Origin: an uncultured Gemmatimonadales bacterium
GTDB lineage: Bacteria > Gemmatimonadota > Gemmatimonadetes > Gemmatimonadales > GWC2-71-9
Direction: 5' to 3'
DNA length: 64,000 nt
Assembly: GCA_963739455.1 (NCBI GenBank)
Contig: CAVUAK010000001.1
Coordinates: forward strand, 832,001 to 896,000
Shown: in pieces, positions 56,459-64,000 of the stretch
Layout of the letters: each line of letters begins with the position of its first letter
How positions within the stretch are numbered: the first letter of the stretch is position 1
Position numbers and translations under genes: made by a program
The notes under the pieces: model-generated
Told to the model about the DNA's origin: nothing
Database searches by the model: none
The model's input: the letters and a program-made list of their open reading frames with translations, nothing else

Positions 56459-57856
56459 TTATCTCGTCCCGATCAACTGCTGCAGTACGTCGTACCGGCT
56501 CACGATGCCGATCAGGACACCGTCCTTCCGGACCAGCGCCGCGGGGTTCTCCCGGGTCAGCATCGGGGCCAGCCGGTCGGTGGGGAAGGTGTGCTCCACC
56601 ACCGGGAACGGCGGGTCCATCACTTCGCGCACCGGGCGGTCGAGCAGGGCCGGCTGGGCCAGCGCGCGGGTCATGAGTGCCGACTCGACCAGTCCGCCCA
56701 CCGCCTCGCCATTCTCGATGACCGGAATCTGGCTCACTTCCCAGCTGCTCATCAGGTTGAGCGCCTGCCGCACCGCAGCCGCGGGCGCCACCTGCACCAG
56801 TGCCGGTGCGCTGCTGGGCCGGCGCAGGAGCAGCAGCTGCTCCACCGTGGCCTGGGGACGATCGAGCAGCTGGTTCTCCTGCATCCAGTCGTCGTTGAAC
56901 ACCTTCGAGAGGTAGCGCTCGCCGGTGTCGCAGAGGATGGTGACGACGTAGGCGTCGGGGTCGTCGAGCTCGCGCGCAATATCGAGCGCCACGGCCACGT
57001 TGAGGCCCGCCGACCCGCCGACGAGGATCCCCTCTTCGCGCGCGAGGCGGCGCGCCATCATCATCGACACGCGATCGGTCGCCTGCCGCCACTCGTCGAT
57101 GGTGTCGAACCAGATCGTGCTCGACACCTTGTCGCCGCCGATGCCTTCCACCTTGTACGGCGCGCCCGATCCCTGCTCCATGACGCCGGTGCGGGCATAC
57201 TCCGTCACCAGCGAGCCGACCGGGTCGCCGGCGATGATGCGGATCTTCGGGTTCTTCTCCTTGAGGTACTTGCCCGCGCCGCTGATCGTGCCACCGGTGC
57301 CGGCGCCCGCCACGAAGTGCGTCACCTTCCCGCCGGTCTGCTGCCAGATCTCGGGGCCGGTGGTCCGGTAGTGCGCCTCGGGATTGACCTGGTTGTAGTG
57401 CTGGTTCGCCATGATCGCACCGGGCGTGTCATGGACGATCTGCTTCGCCTTCATGATGTAGTTGTCGGGATGGTCGGCCGGCACCGCTGTCGGCGTCACC
57501 ACCACTTCGGCGCCGTAGGCGCGCAGCAGCCGCACCTTTTCCTGCGACATCTTGTCGGGCAGCGTGAAGATGCAGCGATAGCCCTTGATGGCCGCCGCCA
57601 TCGCGAGCCCGACGCCAGTGTTGCCGCTGGTGCCCTCGACGATCGTGCCGCCCGGCTTGAGCGCGCCACTCTGTTCGGCCGCCTCGATCATCGCGAGGCC
57701 GATGCGATCCTTCACCGAACCACCGGGGTTGGCGTACTCCGCCTTCCCGTAGATCGGCGTGCGGAGGCCGGCGCCGATCCGGCCAAGCCGGATCAGCGGC
57801 GTCCACCCGATGGTGTCGAGCACGTTCTCGTACGGCGACAGGTGCTGACCGGTCAT
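56459..57856 (-). CDS. Cystathionine beta-synthase (PLP enzyme with CBS domains)
   Basis: NPGGSVKDR, TSGNTG, GTGGT, VEGIG, DTGERYLSK; C-terminal CBS pair. Confidence 0.92.
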   Translation of the reverse strand: MTGQHLSPYENVLDTIGWTPLIRLGRIGAGLRTPIYGKAEYANPGGSVKDRIGLAMIEAAEQSGALKPGGTIVEGTSGNTGVGLAMAAAIKGYRCIFTLPDKMSQEKVRLLRAYGAEVVVTPTAVPADHPDNYIMKAKQIVHDTPGAIMANQHYNQVNPEAHYRTTGPEIWQQTGGKVTHFVAGAGTGGTISGAGKYLKEKNPKIRIIAGDPVGSLVTEYARTGVMEQGSGAPYKVEGIGGDKVSSTIWFDTIDEWRQATDRVSMMMARRLAREEGILVGGSAGLNVAVALDIARELDDPDAYVVTILCDTGERYLSKVFNDDWMQENQLLDRPQATVEQLLLLRRPSSAPALVQVAPAAAVRQALNLMSSWEVSQIPVIENGEAVGGLVESALMTRALAQPALLDRPVREVMDPPFPVVEHTFPTDRLAPMLTRENPAALVRKDGVLIGIVSRYDVLQQLIGTR

Positions 57857-58272
57857 GGCGTGACTCCACGGCCCTGCGGTGTGCGGAAGTAGATCGGCTG
57901 CAGAAACGCCATGGCGACCTTGGCGCCATCGCGTTCGGCCGGCGCATAGCGAAGCGAGGGTGCAGCCTGCAATGCCGCGCTGTCGAGCGCTGGATAGCCA
58001 CTCGATTCGGCCACCCGGGTCGAGTCGGCAACAAGGGTACCGCTGGTGTCCACCATCAGGCGCAGCAGCACCGTTCCCTCGATCCCCTGGTTCGCAAGCG
58101 CCGGGGGATAATCCACCGGCGAGTTGGGGTTGAGCGGCACCGGCGGCAGTTCCGTAGCCTTCGGCCCCTCGACGGGACGCGATGGCAGGCTCACGGTGCC
58201 GTCGCCCTTGCCGGTACAGGCGGCGAGGAGGGCGAGGCAGATCAGCGACCGGCCGGTGGGGATGCGCTTCAT
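57853..58272 (-). CDS. TonB C-terminal domain lipoprotein
   Basis: LAAC lipobox; YPPALANQGIEGTV, SSGYPALDSAAL, PA.RDG. Confidence 0.85.
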   Translation of the reverse strand: MKRIPTGRSLICLALLAACTGKGDGTVSLPSRPVEGPKATELPPVPLNPNSPVDYPPALANQGIEGTVLLRLMVDTSGTLVADSTRVAESSGYPALDSAALQAAPSLRYAPAERDGAKVAMAFLQPIYFRTPQGRGVTP

Positions 58273-58320
58273 GGGCGGAAGTTAGCGCCGGTGGCGTGGG
58301 GGCGCCCCTACATTGGTCCT

Positions 58321-60813
58321 GTGCCAACGACCCTTCCCATCGATGCCGTCCTGGATGACCTGCGCGCTGCCCTGGCAGCTGCAAGCAGCGCGGTGCTCCA
58401 GGCGCCACCGGGTGCCGGCAAGACCACCCGGGTGCCGCTCGCCCTGCGCGACGCGACGTGGCTCGGCGGGCGGAAGATCCTCATGCTCGAGCCCCGGCGC
58501 GTGGCCGCGCGCGCCGCGGCGCACTACATGGCCCGGTCTCTCGGCGAGGAGGCGGGTGCCACGGTGGGCTATCGGACTCGGCTTGATACCAGGGTCGGGC
58601 CTCGCACCCGTATCGAGGTCGTCACCGAGGGAATCCTCACCCGCATGATCAGCACCGACCCGGCCCTCGAGGAATACGGCCTGGTCATCTTCGACGAATT
58701 TCACGAGCGCAGCCTGCATGCCGACCTCGGCCTCTCACTGGCCCTCGAGAGCCAGGCCATTCTCCGGCCCGAACTCCGGATCCTCGTCATGTCGGCCACG
58801 CTCGACGGTGAGCGGGTAAGCCGATTGCTGGGAAGCGCACCGGTGTTGACCAGTGTCGGCCGGAGCTTCCCGGTGGAGCTTCGGTACGCAGCGCGCCAGG
58901 ATGACGGACGGATCGAGGGGCGTGTGGCGCGCGCGGTGGCCGATGCCTTGGCGAGCGACGATGGCGATGTGCTCGTGTTCCTCCCCGGGGCAGGGGAAAT
59001 CCGGCGGGTGGAAGACATTCTCAAGGGCAGCGACAGCGTGATCGTGCCCTTGCACGGCAACCTCGCCCCTGAGCAGCAGGACAAGGCACTCCGGCCTGAT
59101 GCTGGCGGGCGCCGCAAGGTGATCCTCGCCACCTCCATCGCCGAGACCAGCCTCACCATCGATGGCGTGCGCATCGTGGTGGACTCCGGCTTGTCGCGCG
59201 TGCCCCGCTTCTCCGCGCGCACGGGGATGACGCGCCTGGAAACGGTGCGGGTGTCGAGGGCGAGTGCCACACAGCGCGCCGGCAGGGCAGGGCGACAGGC
59301 GGCAGGGGTTGGCTACCGCCTGTGGAGTGAACCGGAGCAGGCGGGGCTGGTGCCGTATCATGATCCCGAGATCATGGATGCCGACCTGGCCCCGCTGGCA
59401 CTCACGCTGGCATCCACCGGAATGGACGCCGCGTCGATGCGCTGGATGGACGCGCCGCCGCCCGCCCACCTGTCGCAGGCGCGGCAACTGCTGCGGGATC
59501 TCGACGCGATCGACGACGCGGGGAAGATCACGCTGCACGGCCAGGAGCTTGCGACACTCGGCCTGCACCCAAGGCTCGGTCACATGATTGTCAGTGCCCA
59601 CGCGCTCGATGCCGTGTCGCTCGCCGCGGACATCGCGGCCCTGGTGGAGGAGCGTGACATCCTGCGCGCCGAGGGCGGCCCCGCCGATCCCGACCTGCGC
59701 ATTCGCCTCGACCTGCTGGCGCAGCGCAGCATTCCTCCGTTCAGTCACGGTGCTCGCGTCGCCCGGGACTCGGTGGAACGGATTCGTACCCACGCGAAAG
59801 CGCTGCGTCGCCAACTTGGTGTCCGCGAGGCAGCCTCGAACAGCAATGATGCCGGCCTGCTCCTCGCGCTCGCCTGGCCCGATCGCATCGCACAGCGCCG
59901 ACCAGGCACCGCGCGATTCCTCCTCCGAAATGGGCGGGGCGCCGTACTCGCCGTGCCGCACGCCCTCGCCGACGCCGACTTCATCGTCGCGACCGACCTG
60001 GACGACCGGGGCACCGAGAGCCGGATTTTCCTCGCGGCGCCGGTTACGCGCGACGAGATCGAGCAGCACCTGCATTCGCAGATCGTGGTGCAGGAGGAAG
60101 TAGCCTGGGACGCCGATGCGGGACGCGTCGAGGCACGTCGCACCCGCAGACTTGGGGCGATCATGCTGGGAGAGGGGCTGCTGCGCGACCCCGATCCCGC
60201 CGCCGTGGCGCACGCATTCCGGGATGGGCTGCAGCGCGCGGGTCTCGCGGCCATCCCGTGGAGTGAAGGTTTCGCGCGGCTGCGCGAGCGCCTCGCGTTC
60301 CTGCATCATCACGATCCGGCGTCGTGGCCCGGTGTCTCTGATGCGTCGCTGCTGGATCATCTCGAAGGCTGGCTGGCACCGCACGCGGCCAGGCTTCGCA
60401 GCCTCGCTGATCTTGACCGTATCGATTTCACCGCGATGCTGCTGGCCGAGCTCACCTGGCAGCAGCGCCAGGCGCTCGATGCCGAGGCGCCGACGCACAT
60501 GGAGGTACCGACGGGATCGCGCTTGCCGATCGACTACGCCGACCCGTCGTCACCAGTGCTCGCCGTGCGCCTGCAGGAGATGTTCGGCCTGGCGGAGACG
60601 CCAAAGGTCGCACGCGGTCGCGTGCCGCTCACGCTGCACCTGCTGTCGCCCGCGCATCGACCGGTGCAGGTGACGCGCGATCTCGGCGGATTCTGGAAGT
60701 CGAGCTACCACGATGTGCGGAAGGACCTGCGCGGGCGCTACCCGAAGCATCCGTGGCCGGAGGATCCGCTGGCTGCGCCACCCACGCGGCGCGCGAAGCC
60801 ACGCGGCACCTGA
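58321..60813 (+). CDS. hrpB: ATP-dependent helicase HrpB
   Basis: APPGAGKTT, DEFHER, MSAT, QRAGRAGR, VRLQEMFG, RGRYPKHPWP. Confidence 0.96.
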   Translation: MPTTLPIDAVLDDLRAALAAASSAVLQAPPGAGKTTRVPLALRDATWLGGRKILMLEPRRVAARAAAHYMARSLGEEAGATVGYRTRLDTRVGPRTRIEVVTEGILTRMISTDPALEEYGLVIFDEFHERSLHADLGLSLALESQAILRPELRILVMSATLDGERVSRLLGSAPVLTSVGRSFPVELRYAARQDDGRIEGRVARAVADALASDDGDVLVFLPGAGEIRRVEDILKGSDSVIVPLHGNLAPEQQDKALRPDAGGRRKVILATSIAETSLTIDGVRIVVDSGLSRVPRFSARTGMTRLETVRVSRASATQRAGRAGRQAAGVGYRLWSEPEQAGLVPYHDPEIMDADLAPLALTLASTGMDAASMRWMDAPPPAHLSQARQLLRDLDAIDDAGKITLHGQELATLGLHPRLGHMIVSAHALDAVSLAADIAALVEERDILRAEGGPADPDLRIRLDLLAQRSIPPFSHGARVARDSVERIRTHAKALRRQLGVREAASNSNDAGLLLALAWPDRIAQRRPGTARFLLRNGRGAVLAVPHALADADFIVATDLDDRGTESRIFLAAPVTRDEIEQHLHSQIVVQEEVAWDADAGRVEARRTRRLGAIMLGEGLLRDPDPAAVAHAFRDGLQRAGLAAIPWSEGFARLRERLAFLHHHDPASWPGVSDASLLDHLEGWLAPHAARLRSLADLDRIDFTAMLLAELTWQQRQALDAEAPTHMEVPTGSRLPIDYADPSSPVLAVRLQEMFGLAETPKVARGRVPLTLHLLSPAHRPVQVTRDLGGFWKSSYHDVRKDLRGRYPKHPWPEDPLAAPPTRRAKPRGT

Positions 60814-60814
60814 T

Positions 60815-63280
60815 TCAGGGCTGGCGCTGCACCCGCTCGAGACGCTCCCGCGCCTGCTTCACCCGCACGTGCGTGCTGTCGAGCGTCGCGCGGAGCCCAT
60901 CGTAGCCGGCCTGGAGTTCCCTGAGCGCCTCCTCATGCCACGCGGTTCCCTTCATGGCCATGACATCGCCCAGCATGCTGTGCCCCTGTGCCGTGGCCCA
61001 GTTCGCATCGCCAAACACGGCGCGCCGAAGAGCCAGCCCCTCGCGTGCGTGTGCCTCGCCAGTCGCGACGCGACCAAGCTGTGCCTCGCACCATCCCCCG
61101 AAGAGCAACGCGGTACCAACAGAGGGGTCTTCGTCCGAGAGGCTCCTGCCGCGCAGGCCAATGATGTGCTGCGCGAGTTCGAGGGCCTCCTCGCAGCGAC
61201 CGGCATCCGCCAGGATGTTCATCAGCATGCGCGATGACTGGATGGTCCGCGCATTGTCGGGCCCGAACTCGAGCGCAGTCAGGCGCCATGCCTCGCGGGC
61301 ACTTGCTTCGGCCTCCGGATACTTGCCCAGGAAGAGCTGCGTGCCCGCCAGCGGCTGCAGTACCGCCGCGATCGCGTCGGGCCGGAGCTTCGCGGCTCCT
61401 GCCAGTGCGAGCGCCTCGGTCAGTCGCGGCTCCGCCTCGGCGTAGCGGCCCATCTGCGCCAGCGCGGTCCCGACATTGGCCAGCATGGTGACCCGAAGCG
61501 CGGTGTCCCGGGCGAGGGCATCGGCCCGGTGCGCCATGCCATTCTCGTAGAGGGTGATCGCGTCGGCGAAGCGACCCTGCGCTGATACCGCGCCCGCAAG
61601 GTTGTTGAGTCCGGCCCAGATCTCGGTTGAGTCACCGTCCAGTGCGTGGTACATCGCGAACGAGGCGACATAGAGCGACTCGGCGCGCACCGGGGAGCCG
61701 GCCTCGGCCTCTATGCCCGCCAGGTTGTAGAGCGCATCGGCGTATTCGTGACTTGGCCGGCCGGCCTGCTGCCAGTACGCCACCGCGCTCTCGACCAGCG
61801 GCCGAGCCCGCTCGAACATGAACAGCTCCGTCAAGGTGCTGCCGATGGTGTTCTTGGTGATGGCACTGAGTTCCGGCTGGTCCCGCAGCGTTGAATCGAT
61901 CCGCGGCAAGACGCTGTCGATGGCGGCCGTAACCGTGACGCTGCCACCCTGCTCATTCGGCTTGGCCTCACTCAATACGTCCCGGAGAAACTGGGTGACC
62001 TGTTCGGTGTGATGCTGCGCCTGGCGCGCGGCATCCCGTTCGGCGCGTGCGACAGCAGCCTGGTGCACGCTCACGATGGTGGCGCCGACGAGTGCCAGTG
62101 CCGCGACGCCCGCAGCGCCCGTCGCGAGCCGGTTCCGGCTCACGAACTTCCGCACCCGATACCCGGTCGTGTCCGGCTGCGCGAGGACCGGGCGCCCCGA
62201 CAGGTAGCGATGCAGGTCCTCGTTGAGTTGCGCCACCGAGCTGTAGCGTCGCGCCGGCTCGGGGCGCATCGCCTTCAGGATGATGGCGTCGAGTTCGCCC
62301 GCGAGCTCCTTCCGGAGCCGTCCGGCATCGGTCAGGCCGGCTCGCGCGACTGATTCATCCGTCACGGACCGGCTGGGGAGGATCGCAACTCGCTCCGCAG
62401 CTGCCTGGATCGCAGCCGTGATCGCCATTCCCTCGAAGGGGCGCGCACCCGTGGTCAGTTCGTAGAGGATCACGCCGAGCGAGTAGATGTCGCTCGCCAC
62501 GCCCACGGGGCTGCCGGTGAGCTGCTCCGGGCTGGCATACGCCGCCGTCATGGGCAGGACGCCAGTCTGCGTGATCGGGGCGTCGCTGTCGACCGCCTCC
62601 GCCAGGAGCTTGGCGATGCCGAAATCGAGCAGCTTGGCGTGCCCCTCGCTGCTGATGAAGATGTTCGCGGGCTTGAGGTCGCGATGCACGATGAGCTGCT
62701 CGTGGGCGTACTGCACGGCCCCGCACACCGAGCGGAAGAGGTCGAGCCGGGCCTGCAGGCTGAGTCGGCGCGTGCGAGCTGCCACATCGATCGGCTCCCC
62801 GTCCACGTACTCCATCACGAAGTACGGCATGCCACTCGGGCTCACGCCGCCGTCGAGGAGCGCGGCGATGTTGGGATGGTCGAGCCGCGCGAGGATCTGC
62901 CGCTCCTGGCGAAACCGGCGCACCACCGCGCCGCCGTGGCCGGACACCACCGTCTTGAGCGCGACCCGCTTGTCGAAGGAGTCGTCCACGCGCCTGGCTT
63001 CATACACCGCACCCATGCCGCCCCGCCCGATTTCCCGCACCACCTGGTAGGCACCGATTCTCTGTCCCGGCTCGGCACCGGAGACGGGGAGCTCATCGTC
63101 CAGTGTCGGGGGTTCCTCGAAGCGATGCCCGGCGCTCGCGAGTGCATGCAGGAGGGCGTCCGCTTCGCGACGCACATCGGCATCGGGCTCCGCGGCCAGG
63201 ATCGCAGCGCGCGCCTGGATCGGCGCATCCTCGAGCTCGCCGAAGAGGTCCTTTACGCGTTGCCATCGCTCCTGATCCAT
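60815..63280 (-). CDS. Membrane Ser/Thr kinase with TPR domain
   Basis: ERWQRVKDLF N-terminus, GRGGMG, HRDLKPAN, DFG, YASPEQ, TM, TPRs; start overlaps the sigma stop. Confidence 0.93.
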   Translation of the reverse strand: MDQERWQRVKDLFGELEDAPIQARAAILAAEPDADVRREADALLHALASAGHRFEEPPTLDDELPVSGAEPGQRIGAYQVVREIGRGGMGAVYEARRVDDSFDKRVALKTVVSGHGGAVVRRFRQERQILARLDHPNIAALLDGGVSPSGMPYFVMEYVDGEPIDVAARTRRLSLQARLDLFRSVCGAVQYAHEQLIVHRDLKPANIFISSEGHAKLLDFGIAKLLAEAVDSDAPITQTGVLPMTAAYASPEQLTGSPVGVASDIYSLGVILYELTTGARPFEGMAITAAIQAAAERVAILPSRSVTDESVARAGLTDAGRLRKELAGELDAIILKAMRPEPARRYSSVAQLNEDLHRYLSGRPVLAQPDTTGYRVRKFVSRNRLATGAAGVAALALVGATIVSVHQAAVARAERDAARQAQHHTEQVTQFLRDVLSEAKPNEQGGSVTVTAAIDSVLPRIDSTLRDQPELSAITKNTIGSTLTELFMFERARPLVESAVAYWQQAGRPSHEYADALYNLAGIEAEAGSPVRAESLYVASFAMYHALDGDSTEIWAGLNNLAGAVSAQGRFADAITLYENGMAHRADALARDTALRVTMLANVGTALAQMGRYAEAEPRLTEALALAGAAKLRPDAIAAVLQPLAGTQLFLGKYPEAEASAREAWRLTALEFGPDNARTIQSSRMLMNILADAGRCEEALELAQHIIGLRGRSLSDEDPSVGTALLFGGWCEAQLGRVATGEAHAREGLALRRAVFGDANWATAQGHSMLGDVMAMKGTAWHEEALRELQAGYDGLRATLDSTHVRVKQARERLERVQRQP

Positions 63281-63840
63281 CACGCCAGCTCCTTTGCCAG
63301 CCACGCCCGCGCGAGTGCCCAGTCCCGCTTTGCCGTCGCAGGGGAGATGGACAGCAGCTCTGCCGCTTCCTCGATGCTGAACCCCGCGAAGTAGCGGAGC
63401 TCCACCAGCTGTGCGGCCCGCGGATCGAGCCGGGCGAAGCGCTCCAGCGCCTCGTCCACCGCAAGGACCTCGTCGGCTGGCAGCTCCACTGCTCCTGCCG
63501 CCCTTTCATCGAGCGATACACCCTGCTGGCGGCTCCGCTTGTGCGCCGTCCGGCGTCGTGCATGGTCCACGAGGATCCGCCGCATGGCACGCGACGCCAC
63601 GCCGAAGAAATGCGCGCGCCCCTGCCAGTCGATGCTGGCGCTGTCCACCAGTCGCAGGTAGGCCTCGTGCACCAACCCGGTGGTGCCGAGCGTGTGATCC
63701 GGCCGCTCCTGTCGCATGTGGGCGTCGGCCAGCCGCTTCAGCTCGCCGTACACCAGCGGAAGCAGTGCTTCCATGGCGTCGGCGCGGCCATGCGACGCCT
63801 CGAGGAGCAGGCGGGTGATGTCGGAAGACGAAGTGTCCAA
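63280..63840 (-). CDS. ECF sigma factor, ECF43/TIGR02999-type (start uncertain, up to 63894)
   Basis: ITRLL, VYGELKRLA, HTLGTTGLVHEAYLRL, MRRILVDHAR, VELRYFAG, RDWALARAWL. Confidence 0.93.
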   Translation of the reverse strand: MDTSSSDITRLLLEASHGRADAMEALLPLVYGELKRLADAHMRQERPDHTLGTTGLVHEAYLRLVDSASIDWQGRAHFFGVASRAMRRILVDHARRRTAHKRSRQQGVSLDERAAGAVELPADEVLAVDEALERFARLDPRAAQLVELRYFAGFSIEEAAELLSISPATAKRDWALARAWLAKELA

Positions 63841-64000
63841 GGGATCCGGCGTGAGGGCCGCCGTATCTTCGTCCGCCTCACATGGCACCGTCAAGGAGGA
63901 ATGCGCATCCAGAGGGGAAACCGGCTCATGGAGCGTTCGATGAGCCGGTTTGCGAGTCGAATGCGCCTTGGAGACAGGAACTACCCCGACTTCCCCATCA

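Overview
High-GC bacterial chromosome segment spanning the replication origin. Gene content (GWxTD protein, PadR plus ADOP permease, several Hanks kinases, ECF43-type sigma/kinase pair) suggests Gemmatimonadota; this is an inference. It holds parAB with two parS sites, an ABC-2 exporter, a sufR-BCDSU operon extended by a bacilliredoxin and a His-rich Sm-like small protein, def, a patatin/beta-barrel protein, ferredoxin, rnd, SufT, MMPL and APC transporters, polA, pyrE, rnpB, mtgA, dnaN-oriC-dnaA, rpmH-rnpA-yidD-yidC, ddl, cystathionine beta-synthase and hrpB. Many genes, mostly in the first ~13.5 kb, are frameshifted; this is most likely long-read indel error. I found no CRISPR array, tRNA, rRNA, transposase or prophage. 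The best leads are: (1) the suf-coupled bacilliredoxin/Sm-like pair; (2) an unannotated sRNA candidate with an ECF-type promoter and anti-SD motifs; (3) a recurrent 11-7-11 palindrome bracketing the parS region; (4) dispersed 7/8-mer tandem-repeat families; (5) pervasive leaderless promoters, and probable CTG starts for rnpA and mtgA; (6) a receiver-like AraC regulator with Ser in place of the phospho-Asp, divergent from a Ser/Thr kinase. All product calls come from motif recognition by eye, with no database searches.
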